Notes: a model not told the origin generated them from the sequence alone. Shown: positions 18,905-28,504, counted from the stretch's first letter. The stretch is 42,655 bases of DNA from Candidatus Thorarchaeota archaeon (GCA_029855935.1 JAGSHN010000026.1:1-42655), one strand, 5' to 3'. Numbers and translations: made by a program.

Positions 18905-19720
18905 TGGGATCCCAAACACTATCGCCACGGCTCCGAGGATCACACACAGTCTCCAGAAGTCCACTCTTCTCGCGAGCCTCAGCAACGCCTCCATCGAGAG
19001 CAGTCCTGTCACGAAGACTATTGCCTCCATGACGAGAAGGTCCAAGAGTGGAACCGCAGGAAAGATCGAGTCACTGGTGAGGATGTCGACGAAGAGAGCG
19101 CCCACGACCGCTGGGACGCTCATCAGGAAACTGAACCATAGCGCCCTCTCGCGGTCGACCCTCATCAGCAGCAGGGCGGATATCGTGACCCCTGAGCGAC
19201 TGAGTCCGGGCAGGATTGACAGACCCTGTACGAGACCCGTCAATCCAGCACGTTTCTCATCTGGGTCGTTGTATTCCTTGTTCCTCCCACACTCGTCTGC
19301 GTTCTCGTCGTCGTTGTACAACTGGCGGTTCACGCGGGTCGGCAGGTAGAGCACAACCGCCGTGACAAGCAGTAGTGCGCCCACCATCACATTGATGATC
19401 TCGCCATTGAAGGAGGAGATGGTCTCGCGGACGAGAAGATAGAGCGGAATGCCCGTCAAAGCCGTTGCGATGGTCGCAATCAGCAGCCGACGCAGGAGCA
19501 CCCTGTCCCGAAGACCAAGTACGTTGATGAAGTCACGAGGATAACGTGCCACAACGGCAAGGGCAGTCCCGAGATGGAGCCAGACGACAACAGAGACTAT
19601 CTTGTCGGCTGGTACCGAACTCGTGTTGTAGACAAAAAGAACGGCTTGCCCCTCACTGCTTATTGGTAGCCACTCGACGAGTCCCTGTATCAGTGCCACA
19701 AGAATCTGCCATAGCTCCAT
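18890..19720 (-). CDS. uppP: Undecaprenyl-diphosphate phosphatase (UppP/BacA family)
   Basis: QGLVEWLPISSEG, LHLGT, PGLSRSG.T, FSFLMSVP. Confidence 0.92.
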   Translation of the reverse strand: MELWQILVALIQGLVEWLPISSEGQAVLFVYNTSSVPADKIVSVVVWLHLGTALAVVARYPRDFINVLGLRDRVLLRRLLIATIATALTGIPLYLLVRETISSFNGEIINVMVGALLLVTAVVLYLPTRVNRQLYNDDENADECGRNKEYNDPDEKRAGLTGLVQGLSILPGLSRSGVTISALLLMRVDRERALWFSFLMSVPAVVGALFVDILTSDSIFPAVPLLDLLVMEAIVFVTGLLSMEALLRLARRVDFWRLCVILGAVAIVFGIPSLLA

Positions 19721-19811
19721 CGAGGCGTTCTCTCCTCTCTTGCTGAGCGTGCTGAGAAGATTTAAAACTGGTGACCAGTGCTGGCAGCCCGTTCCTCAGG
19801 ATGTGCAGACA

Positions 19812-20474
19812 ATGGTACTTGACAATGGCAGATTCATTACCAGCGAGCTGGCAAATGTGACACATCTACTGGACGAGCACTTCAGGGTGGCACTGTCCGC
19901 GACGAAGATTGTGGCCGGAGCCATAGCCGACTGGCTGGAGGCTGGCAAGATGATCTCTGATGAGGACCTCCAGAAGATCACTGGTCTTGAGGAGAGAGGT
20001 GACGAGCTCAAGGCCGCCATCCTACACGAGCTTGCCTCTGCCAATACTCTGATGCAGCGTGAGGATCTGCTGCGGCTCGTTCACTACAACGACAAGCTCG
20101 TTGACGGAGCGGAGATTGCCTGCTACCATCTTGCGGCCTTTGTCAACCGGTGGACTCCTGAGGGACCGTTGAGAGCCAAGATCGCAGAGCTGGGCCAAAA
20201 ATATCTTGAGATTGTGACCCAGCAGCGCGAGGCGGTGCGATATCTCTCGCTGGACATTGAGAAGTCGCTCGCCAAGACCAATGACATTTGCAGTCTTGAG
20301 AAGCAGATTGACATTCTGATGCGTGAGATATGGGCCCACCTCTACCCGAGCGACCTGCCCATAGCCATCATCCTGCGAGTTCGAGACTTTGTCAATATGC
20401 TCGAAGAGGTCAGCAACTTTGCTGAGGACGCCGCGAACACGATTCGGGGCATATCTCTCACACTGAACACATGA
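19812..20474 (+). CDS. DUF47 / PhoU-like phosphate transport regulator
   Basis: LEERGDELK, REDLLRL...D..D, LEKQID, EDAA helical repeats; TTTAAAA box upstream. Confidence 0.85.
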   Translation: MVLDNGRFITSELANVTHLLDEHFRVALSATKIVAGAIADWLEAGKMISDEDLQKITGLEERGDELKAAILHELASANTLMQREDLLRLVHYNDKLVDGAEIACYHLAAFVNRWTPEGPLRAKIAELGQKYLEIVTQQREAVRYLSLDIEKSLAKTNDICSLEKQIDILMREIWAHLYPSDLPIAIILRVRDFVNMLEEVSNFAEDAANTIRGISLTLNT

Positions 20475-20490
20475 AACCTGTGTCAGCATC

Positions 20491-21081
20491 TTGAGCGTGA
20501 TTGGATTGGCTGAGGGCGATGAGACCTCTGACGACATTCCGGTCGCCGACTTTCTGGGTGATCGCGGAATAGTGTGGGACTCTCGGCACGGCACACGTCT
20601 ATACTCCAGTGGCTTCTTCGGTCAACCTGTGGGTATCAGAAAGCCAAAGTCCCCCGAGTTCGACAGACCTCTGGAGCTGTCGCTGCTTGAATGCGCCTAT
20701 CTAGTCGATGCCGGGATGCTACGTGTCATCGACGTGAGCGGGCAGGTCCCGATGACGGTCGACGATCTCATAAGGGCCGGTCTACTTCAGTCTGAGGAGT
20801 TCTATGAACGTTTTCTGGTCTACAAGGACCTGCGTAGGCGCGGGTTTGTGGTGCGTCCGGGGCTTAAGTTCGGGACAGACTTCGCGGTCTACGAGCACGG
20901 CCCGGGAATCGACCACGCGCCGTTCTTGGTCCACGTCATTCCCCAGAGAAAGGGTGTCCAACCCATAGACATGGTCCGAGCTGGCCGACTTGCAACGTCT
21001 GTGCGTAAGAAGTTCATCATAGCAACCGTCAAGGAGTCGGAGGAGATTACGTACTACTCCTTTGTCTGGCACCGCCCCTAG
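20491..21081 (+). CDS. endA: tRNA-intron endonuclease, catalytic subunit
   Basis: LSLLECAYL, VYKDLRRRG, GLKFGTDFAVY, GPGIDHA, VRKK (Tyr/His/Lys triad). Confidence 0.95.
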   Translation: MSVIGLAEGDETSDDIPVADFLGDRGIVWDSRHGTRLYSSGFFGQPVGIRKPKSPEFDRPLELSLLECAYLVDAGMLRVIDVSGQVPMTVDDLIRAGLLQSEEFYERFLVYKDLRRRGFVVRPGLKFGTDFAVYEHGPGIDHAPFLVHVIPQRKGVQPIDMVRAGRLATSVRKKFIIATVKESEEITYYSFVWHRP

Positions 21082-21154
21082 CCTCACCAGCAAAACAAAT
21101 AAGGCGTACCTGCAAGGTCCAATCAGTTTCATCCTGCTTGACGGTGAAGACAGA

Positions 21155-21472
21155 ATGTCAGACAAAGCGGAGAACGCGAAGGCCTTTGGCGACATCCTTA
21201 TGCAGGCTTGGGAGCACACTCCCTCCTTCATCTGCAGCAATGAGGACTACATCTATTGTCTGTTTCCTGCTGATGAGACCAACGAACGGTGGATCGAGGC
21301 CTCGATAACATTCCCAGATGGCTCTCTTGAGAAGAAGGAGATTGACTCCTCAAAGGCAATTGCCCTACTGGTTGAGGAGTTGAAGGTCCTTCCGACCTAT
21401 GGTGTCGAGTCGATTGTCAGCACCAAGGCCAAGCTGGATGAAGCGCTTGCTCGCCTCAGCACGCTGAAGTGA
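21155..21472 (+). CDS. Hypothetical protein (105 aa, acidic)
   Basis: SD GGTGA before ATG, protein-like composition; no family recognised. Confidence 0.75.
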   Translation: MSDKAENAKAFGDILMQAWEHTPSFICSNEDYIYCLFPADETNERWIEASITFPDGSLEKKEIDSSKAIALLVEELKVLPTYGVESIVSTKAKLDEALARLSTLK

Positions 21473-21779
21473 GATGTGTTGACATCGTGATACCATGCTG
21501 TGAGGAGGGTCCCACAGAGTCATAGTTGTCTTGGCGGAATGTGGTGATGTCATTCATCCCTCTGAATTCTATGGTTAACTACCTGCTGTTTCATCGTCAT
21601 TGCACGGCTGATGCAGCAACTTGGGGCACAGGGCGTCTTTGTTTCAAGACTCTCTCACTTGAGGGCCTACCTGTGAGATTGCTCTCTCCGCCGGGCGACA
21701 CTAGGGCAATCTGCTGTGGGGCGTTGTGACAGATCGTGTTGGAAACGTAACGAGTTGTGTGTTCTTGGGTGAAATCGCA

Positions 21780-22091
21780 ATGACCGAGAATCTATCGGAC
21801 TGTACTCCTCTCTGTAAGAGCTTTCGTTGTGATAGAAAGCCATCGGCACTAAAGATTCGTCGCAGAGGGGGAAGGAAAGTCATCTGGTGCACGTGGGTCG
21901 ACGATGAGTGCGACGGTCCGTGGTGCCAGTTCGGTGTGTGCCGTGAACTCAAGATGACCGCGGACGGGAAGTGCAAGAAGACCGTGGCGCCACCAAGGCC
22001 TCAACCGGTGGCAATTCCCGAGGACGACTATATCGACCCTGACGAACTGCCGGAACGAGTGGCCAAGAAACTGAGGGTGCGGGAGCGGTAG
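21780..22091 (+). CDS. Small Cys-rich (8 Cys) hypothetical protein
   Basis: SD GGGTGA; CxxxCxxxxC...CxWxxDxCxGxxCxxxxC...C pattern. Confidence 0.75.
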   Translation: MTENLSDCTPLCKSFRCDRKPSALKIRRRGGRKVIWCTWVDDECDGPWCQFGVCRELKMTADGKCKKTVAPPRPQPVAIPEDDYIDPDELPERVAKKLRVRER

Positions 22092-22323
22092 GTGAGTTCT
22101 CCTCTCGTCATCGCCTTTTGCACCCTCTCTCGGCTCTCACATTCAGCTATGAGAGTGAGATAGAGCCGTATGCAGACCGGTCAGCTGAGATGACAGGCCA
22201 GATAGGACTTATGAGCCTAAACACAGCCCTCGACTCTCGCTGTACTGGCGTGCGGTCGGACGACTGGTGGTCGCAACTTCTATAAGTGCTTCAGCTGGGG
22301 ACGGACCCGCAGGTGAGACGGGT

Positions 22324-22446
22324 TTGTTCGAAGAGGTTCGTCCCGAGATGCGTGCCCTGATATTCTTGATGATTGGTCTATCTCTCTTGGGCATTGGCAT
22401 TCTACTCAACCAGGCGAAGTTTGCAATAGACTTTCTCAGTCCGTGA
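22324..22446 (+). CDS. 40-aa single-TM micro-protein (below ORF track cutoff)
   Basis: TATA-like TCTATAA near 22280, SD AGGTGA, TTG start, MFEEVRPEMRALIFLMIGLSLLGIGILLNQAKFAIDFLSP. Confidence 0.55.
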   Translation: MFEEVRPEMRALIFLMIGLSLLGIGILLNQAKFAIDFLSP

Positions 22447-22473
22447 TCGGAGTTTCTGGCTGCGTGATTCCTG

Positions 22474-23478
22474 TTGCCGCAGATAGATGATATTGTTGAC
22501 TCCCTCCGCTCCTTTGAGGGAATCACCCGCAAGTATGTGATTCCAGATATCATCAGAAAGATCCGTGAGATCTCGTACAGGGGTGGCCTTCCGCACTCTC
22601 TGGGAGAGGACTCTGCGACAATCGGGACAGAGAGCGACGAGTACGTCCTCCTGACGACCGACTCTGTGGTGGAGGAACTGTGTCGCAGTCATCCCCGAGC
22701 TGCTGGATTCAATGTGGTCTTGGCCAACATTATGGACATCTATGCTGCAGGCGGTGTTCCGACCTCCTTTGCTGTCGCGCTATCCTACTCCTCACCATCG
22801 GTGGGTGAGGGTCTCCTTCAAGGGGTGATCGAGGGATCTCACGCCTTTGAGGTTCCCATCATTCGTGGTCACACCAATCCCTCTGCGAGCTGCACCTACA
22901 TAGTCGGTGCCGCCACTGGAAGAGTCAAAGTCGACGATGTGCTGACGGCCGGGGGCGCCACGAATGACGATCTTCTGGTCTTGATCTTCGACCCACAAGG
23001 AAGACGGGGTCGGTACTATCGTCTGGGCTGGGACACGGTCACCAAACGTTCCAGTGATGACAATATCCGTCGTCTCACAGTAATGACCCGGATTGCCCAG
23101 GAGCATCTCGCTACCGCCGCAAAGGACATCTCAACCGCAGGACTGGTGGGCACGGCCGCAATGATGGTGGAGTACTCAGGGATGGGGGCTCTCGTGGATC
23201 TTGATACACTGGACAGGACCCGTCCCTCAGCAATACCGCTCAAGGACTGGATTCGCATGTTCATCTCGTTGGGTTTCCTACTCTCTGTGAAACAGTGTCA
23301 TCTTGCCCGTGTTGAGGAGCTGACACAAGAGCACGGTCTTCGTGCAGTGGTCATCGGGCACGTGAACGACTCCGGGACACTGGACCTACAGTACGGCGAC
23401 GAGAGAAGGAGACTGTTCGACTTTCGCGATGGCCCCCTACTCACTCCTGCGGGTGAGGACTCGGATGAGCCGTCATAG
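22474..23478 (+). CDS. PurM/AIR-synthase superfamily protein (selenophosphate synthetase-related / methanogenesis marker 2-like)
   Basis: LRSFEGITRK, GEDSA, TTD, VLANIMDIYAAGG.P, RGHT, KDISTAGLVG. Confidence 0.85.
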   Translation: MPQIDDIVDSLRSFEGITRKYVIPDIIRKIREISYRGGLPHSLGEDSATIGTESDEYVLLTTDSVVEELCRSHPRAAGFNVVLANIMDIYAAGGVPTSFAVALSYSSPSVGEGLLQGVIEGSHAFEVPIIRGHTNPSASCTYIVGAATGRVKVDDVLTAGGATNDDLLVLIFDPQGRRGRYYRLGWDTVTKRSSDDNIRRLTVMTRIAQEHLATAAKDISTAGLVGTAAMMVEYSGMGALVDLDTLDRTRPSAIPLKDWIRMFISLGFLLSVKQCHLARVEELTQEHGLRAVVIGHVNDSGTLDLQYGDERRRLFDFRDGPLLTPAGEDSDEPS

Positions 23479-23518
23479 TTAAATCGTTCAGCTACTCGAC
23501 AATGCTGGAGTGAACGCA

Positions 23519-23755
23519 GTGTCAACTTCTACGAAGGTCTGCAGCATCGTCGGGTGCGACAAACCATCAAAGAGGTCCTTCTCGCGAGACAGGATCCTCC
23601 AGAGCATCATCAAGAGCGGCCTCAGGGTCAAGGAGCCACGATCTGGCAGGGATGCGCGTTCGCGAAAGGTCTACCTCTGTGCTGACCACTGGAAGGTAGT
23701 CAAGAAGGTGTTCAAGAAGGAGACCCGACCGGAACGTATGCGTTGGGGCCACTGA
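23519..23755 (+). CDS. Small basic C2CH zinc-finger-like protein
   Basis: CSIVGC...YLCADHW, Lys/Arg-rich; SD GGAGTGA. Confidence 0.7.
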   Translation: MSTSTKVCSIVGCDKPSKRSFSRDRILQSIIKSGLRVKEPRSGRDARSRKVYLCADHWKVVKKVFKKETRPERMRWGH

Positions 23756-23808
23756 TATCGCCTGCTCTCACTCTTCGGTTTCAACTGGTCCTTTGGGGGC
23801 GCCGTAGA

Positions 23809-24165
23809 GTGCCGGAAGCAGATAGTGTCTCAGGCCTGACTCCTCACTGGAAGCTCTGGCTTGAGCATGACGGTCGGTATGTCTTTGGGCGGGGTGCGTT
23901 TCTCCTGCTGAGAGCAATTCAGGATACGGGAAGCCTCACCGCTGCGGCTCAGCGTGTGGGTATGTCGTATCGCTATGCCTGGGGAATCATCCGAAAGGTC
24001 GAACGGGAGTTGGGTGCGCCAGTCGTGGAGACGCATCGCGGGGGCGCTGTTGGGGGCGGCGGGACGAGTGTGACCCCGGTCGGAGCGAGGCTGATTCGCG
24101 CGTTCTCTCTATTGGACGAGGCCTTTCAGAGGACCGCTGCACAACTCCAGGCTGACCTGCTGTGA
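23809..24165 (+). CDS. Stand-alone ModE N-terminal winged-helix regulator
   Basis: KLWLE...FGRG..LLRAI.DTGSL.AAA...GMSYRYAW...RGG..GGG. Confidence 0.9.
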   Translation: MPEADSVSGLTPHWKLWLEHDGRYVFGRGAFLLLRAIQDTGSLTAAAQRVGMSYRYAWGIIRKVERELGAPVVETHRGGAVGGGGTSVTPVGARLIRAFSLLDEAFQRTAAQLQADLL

Positions 24166-24166
24166 G

Positions 24167-25216
24167 CTATGAGAAGCGAAGTTCAATCGCCTTGTTCGGA
24201 CAGTGGCTCATGCACTCCAAGCAGAGGATGCAGTCGGCACTGTACATGTGGTCGTAGGGAAACTTCCTGATCTGAATGTTCATCGGGCAGACAACCTCGC
24301 ACACATTGCACGTGTCAGGTGTGCATCTCGCGGGGTTTCTGCCGATGCCTATGAGCGCGTCCCTTGAGAATAGACCGTAGAACCATCCTGCAGGACACAG
24401 CCATCTACAGAACCAGCGTGGCACCCAGAAGGAGACAACGAGGACGAACGTGACGAAGATGACCTGAAGCCAGACCACTGTGCCCCAGACCGAGAGATAC
24501 CACAGCGTATCGAGTCCCGTGGGCCAGACCTGGTTGGCCATGACCACAAATATGATGTATGCCGGGTTGAATGGGTCAAACGCCGCGTTGGCAAACATCC
24601 CGAGGACTGCCTCTAGGTCCTCCGCTGTGCCGGTCAACCTGCTCAGCCCCATCCACACTGCAAGGCCGACGACAATGACAAAGACGTACGCCTTGACTCG
24701 CCTGAGCTCTCTCTCTGTGTTGGGCGCAGGCCGCACCTTTGACCTGTTCGGCAAGGTGGCAAAGTCTTGGAGCGTACCAATGGGACAGATCCAGCCGCAG
24801 GCCACACGACCGAGGACAGTGAGGATGAGAATCATTGCTCCGAGGGTGAAGAACGGGAATATGCCACTGGAGAGCTCTCTCTGCATAGTGTCAAAGGACC
24901 CTGCAATCATCCCGAAGGGGGCCTCCAGCGGGGCGATGATTGGCAACGTCGGGATGGCGTTCCTCACACTCTCCCAGAAAGCGGTTATCTGTTCGTTGCC
25001 CCACCATGCTGCAAAGATGTAGCCATTGATTCCCAGCAGGAACAGAATCTGCACGACACGCCTGAGCATTCGGATGTTGAACACAGCACCCACGACCCGT
25101 CGTGCCAGTCCGGGTCGTTTCTCCATCGCCCTCTCTGCCCTCTTGGTCTCAGCTTCAGAGGATTTGTCCCTGTTCTCTTCCTTCTCCGTGCCAGGCGTCT
25201 CGGCATCCTTTGCCAT
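24167..25216 (-). CDS. Membrane-bound 4Fe-4S protein (NapH/MauN family)
   Basis: GRVACGWICPIG, RWFCRWLCPAG, CxxxxCxxCxxxCP, CILCLECMSHCP; multiple TMs. Confidence 0.9.
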   Translation of the reverse strand: MAKDAETPGTEKEENRDKSSEAETKRAERAMEKRPGLARRVVGAVFNIRMLRRVVQILFLLGINGYIFAAWWGNEQITAFWESVRNAIPTLPIIAPLEAPFGMIAGSFDTMQRELSSGIFPFFTLGAMILILTVLGRVACGWICPIGTLQDFATLPNRSKVRPAPNTERELRRVKAYVFVIVVGLAVWMGLSRLTGTAEDLEAVLGMFANAAFDPFNPAYIIFVVMANQVWPTGLDTLWYLSVWGTVVWLQVIFVTFVLVVSFWVPRWFCRWLCPAGWFYGLFSRDALIGIGRNPARCTPDTCNVCEVVCPMNIQIRKFPYDHMYSADCILCLECMSHCPNKAIELRFS

Positions 25217-25303
25217 CAGGTTCAGTCCTCGTCACCGGCGTATCGAACGGCGAAGACCTGAGGGCAGATTAAAAACGTTGTGCTGGACTGACATCGGCCC
25301 TGC

Positions 25304-25711
25304 TCATCGGCTGAAGGATATCGCAATCGTCCCGTTGTTCAGTTTCACCCTCAGAAGGTACACACCTGGCGAGTCAGGTGCGTCTGTCAGCAGTAGTGGG
25401 TGTGTGTATGTCTCAGTCCACAGGACTGGAGCGTCCTGTCCGGACTCGTATCGAACGGTCAGCGCTGTACCGTCCACATTGATGGAGACCCCATGGGGGA
25501 CCAACAGTTCAAGTGTCACCGACTCGGCCATTCCAGTGTCGACGGATGCGGTGGCATTATGCAGGACCTCCGCGAAGTGGCTTGCCTCCTCCAGTTGAGA
25601 TGCCGCATTGAAGTACTCAATTGAATAGAGGAGGACCGGTACTGCGACACTGGCTGCAGTCATCAGACCCACCGCAAGCAGCACCATCTTCTCTAGCGAT
25701 CTTGAGACCAT
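25304..25711 (-). CDS. Hypothetical N-terminally anchored protein, possibly pilin-like
   Basis: SRSLE then a hydrophobic helix, an amphipathic helix and a beta-rich C-terminus. Confidence 0.6.
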   Translation of the reverse strand: MVSRSLEKMVLLAVGLMTAASVAVPVLLYSIEYFNAASQLEEASHFAEVLHNATASVDTGMAESVTLELLVPHGVSINVDGTALTVRYESGQDAPVLWTETYTHPLLLTDAPDSPGVYLLRVKLNNGTIAISFSR

Positions 25712-25797
25712 ATCTCTCAGTGTATGCGGACCAGCAATAAACTCCTCGCTGGCTAGTGTTATAACCTGCCGCACGAAGACACACAAGGCGTGCAGGA

Positions 25798-27189
25798 ATG
25801 ACTGAGGAGCCGGTCACGGTACATGTGGGCCTCACTGGTCACATAGACCATGGCAAGACAGCTCTCGCTGCAGCGCTCAGTGAGGGTGTCTTCACAGCTG
25901 GTCTTGACAGACATCCACAGGCCCGGCAGCGAGGGATGACAATTGATCTCGGATTCACAATGTTCCATCTCGGCGACTATGTTGTGACCCTAGTCGATGC
26001 TCCGGGACACGCTGATCTCATCCGGAGTGTTGTCGCGGGGGCCAGCATAATCGATATGGCAATTCTCACGGTCGCCGCGGACGAGGGGCCCAAGGTACAG
26101 ACTGGTGAGCATCTTGTCGTTCTCGACTCGATGGGCATATCCTCTCTTCTCGTTGCAATCACCAAGATTGACCTTGTTGGTCGAGAGCAGGTCGAGAGGG
26201 TCGAGCGGCAGATGCGGTCGATACTCAGCGATCTGTCCTTTGACGATGTCCGCTTTGTGAGGGTGTCAGCGAAGACGCGTGAGGGCCTCGATGAACTGAG
26301 GCAGACGCTGCTGGACATGCTCCGCCCACGACCTCGAGACCGCGACGGTCCGTTCCTGATGCCAATAGACCACGCCTTTCCCGTCCGTGGTCACGGCACG
26401 GTCGTGACGGGTACCATCCTTCGAGGGTGTATCTCCTCAGACAATTTGGTAGAGCTAGCGCCACAGGGCCTGCGGGCGCGTGTCCGTACGATTCAGACCT
26501 TTGGGCAAAGCCGGAAGGCTGCTTGTGCCGGTGACCGGGTTGGCATCAACGTTCCCGACCTCGACCACAGAGACATCGTCCGTGGCTACTACCTCTGTCA
26601 GCCTCACTCGCTGGCGAATAGCCCGCAGTTCCTCGTGAGACTGCAGAGGACAAGACTCTACAGCGGGCGGGTGACCTCAGGTATGAGGCTGTCTGCCCAC
26701 GTTGGAATGCGCGCGGTGACCTGCGAGGTCATCCCACTTGTCGAGATTGAGGGGCGTCTTGTATTGTGTGAGGAGGCGGAAGACGAGGAGTTCCTTGCTG
26801 TGTTACGATCATCGCGCCCCATTGCAATAGAACCCGGAATGCGCGTCCTACTCCTGCGGACAGACCTTCCACCCACCACCATGCGTATTGTGGCATCGGG
26901 GGCGGTCCGGTGGACTACATCACCGACCACGGTATACAGACGTACGGTTCGGCGCGGGACTGTGCACCGTCTGCGTGAGGCCGACGTACTCGTCGTCGGA
27001 CTGGCCACCCGGCGTGAGCGTGCACTGCAGCTTCGTGGTCTGCGTGTGAGGGCTGCTGGTGGGGCCGTGGGGACGATTGGCGAGCCCTTTGGGACAAAGG
27101 GGGTTGTCAGCATATCATTCGACTCCCCAGTCACCGAGGGTGAGGAGGTCTATCTTGATGTGTTTCGTGAGGTGAGACTTGGTGGATGA
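25798..27189 (+). CDS. selB: Selenocysteine-specific elongation factor (archaeal SelB/EFSec)
   Basis: GHIDHGKT, RGMTID, DAPGH, TKID, SAK; IDHAF in domain II; C-terminal GEPFGTKG domain; overlaps SepSecS. Confidence 0.95.
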   Translation: MTEEPVTVHVGLTGHIDHGKTALAAALSEGVFTAGLDRHPQARQRGMTIDLGFTMFHLGDYVVTLVDAPGHADLIRSVVAGASIIDMAILTVAADEGPKVQTGEHLVVLDSMGISSLLVAITKIDLVGREQVERVERQMRSILSDLSFDDVRFVRVSAKTREGLDELRQTLLDMLRPRPRDRDGPFLMPIDHAFPVRGHGTVVTGTILRGCISSDNLVELAPQGLRARVRTIQTFGQSRKAACAGDRVGINVPDLDHRDIVRGYYLCQPHSLANSPQFLVRLQRTRLYSGRVTSGMRLSAHVGMRAVTCEVIPLVEIEGRLVLCEEAEDEEFLAVLRSSRPIAIEPGMRVLLLRTDLPPTTMRIVASGAVRWTTSPTTVYRRTVRRGTVHRLREADVLVVGLATRRERALQLRGLRVRAAGGAVGTIGEPFGTKGVVSISFDSPVTEGEEVYLDVFREVRLGG

Positions 27190-28504
27190 ACTGGAACGAC
27201 GGCTCTTGGAGACCATACCCACTAACATGGCGGCGAGAGGGCTCACCACTCTAGATGCCCTCATACGACCGATTCGCGACCTACTGAGTCGGCAGCAGTT
27301 TCCAGAGGAGTCACTGTCTGACAGACAGATCGAATGGCTCCTGAAACTGCTCTCCTCAATGGACTCTGACAAGGACCCTGCTGCCGCACGGGTGGGAGAG
27401 AGAGAGGGTCGCGTGGCATCTCCTCTGGTGGAGCGCCTCTCCTTCGCGTTCAACCATGGCGTGGGTCGCAGCGGTCATGTGACGGCACCACAGCCAAAGG
27501 CCGCCGGCGCGTCCCTGATGCAGCAGCTCTGCAACAATGTAGCTGTTGATGCAATTCGTCGTCTTGGCCTTCCCAACATCCGGCACGGCCTAGTACTCCC
27601 GGTATCGACGGGGATGTGCATCGCTCTCGTATTTGCGGCTCTGCGCCGGGAGCTTGGTGTGAGACGAGTCTTCTACCCACGAATTGACCACAAGTCCCCG
27701 CGTCGCGGACTGGCACTCGCTGGTGTCGAGGTGATTGAGGTCCCGACTATATTGACTGGCGATGCCGTCCGTCCGAACCTTGACTGGCTGAGTACCGTGC
27801 TGCCCGAGAGAAGAGACGAGGCTGCTGTTCTCGCCACGACCACGTTCTTTTCACCACGAGAGCCCGACCCTGTAAAGGAGATTGCCCGGCTCTGCAGCGA
27901 CCTTGACACGCCTCTCGTGATCAACAATGCCTATGGTGTGCAGTCTCCCCGCATCATGGCCATGATACGCTCTGCGGTTGATGCAGGTCGGGTCGATGCT
28001 GTGATACAGAGCAGTGACAAGAACTTCTTGGCCCCCGTTGGTGGGTCCATTCTCGTGTCAGCATCTAGAGACATAGTGGAGTGGACGGCTGCGACATACG
28101 CTGGTCGTGCCACCGCCGCACCAGTTGTCCAGACGCTTGCGGCCCTTCTGGCTCTTGGCAGGTCTCGATATGAGCAACTACGTTCAGAACAGGCCGAGAA
28201 CAGACAACTCCTCGAAACGATGCTGGGCGAGGTGGCCGATGCTGTCGGGCAGCGATTGCTCTCGGTGTTCAATCCAGTTTCTTGCGCGATGACCCTCGAT
28301 GGTCTTGACGCCCGGGTCATTGGAGCGAGGCTGTACAGTGCGCGAGTGACGGGGCCACGTGCGGTGGAGCAGGGAGATCAGGGTTCGTGCATCGATGGAT
28401 ACCCCCACAGCTATGTAGTTATGAACGCTGCAATCGGATCCTCACGTGAGGATGTCGAGACGGCAGTCGCCAAACTTCATAAGGAGCTCTCTCAAATGAT
28501 GTAA
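27179..28504 (+). CDS. spcS: O-phosphoseryl-tRNA(Sec) selenium transferase SepSecS
   Basis: MDSDKDP, GEREGR, GVGRSG, QPKAAG, DHKSP, NNAYG, SSDKNF (PLP Lys), YAGRA. Confidence 0.97.
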   Translation: MVDELERRLLETIPTNMAARGLTTLDALIRPIRDLLSRQQFPEESLSDRQIEWLLKLLSSMDSDKDPAAARVGEREGRVASPLVERLSFAFNHGVGRSGHVTAPQPKAAGASLMQQLCNNVAVDAIRRLGLPNIRHGLVLPVSTGMCIALVFAALRRELGVRRVFYPRIDHKSPRRGLALAGVEVIEVPTILTGDAVRPNLDWLSTVLPERRDEAAVLATTTFFSPREPDPVKEIARLCSDLDTPLVINNAYGVQSPRIMAMIRSAVDAGRVDAVIQSSDKNFLAPVGGSILVSASRDIVEWTAATYAGRATAAPVVQTLAALLALGRSRYEQLRSEQAENRQLLETMLGEVADAVGQRLLSVFNPVSCAMTLDGLDARVIGARLYSARVTGPRAVEQGDQGSCIDGYPHSYVVMNAAIGSSREDVETAVAKLHKELSQMM

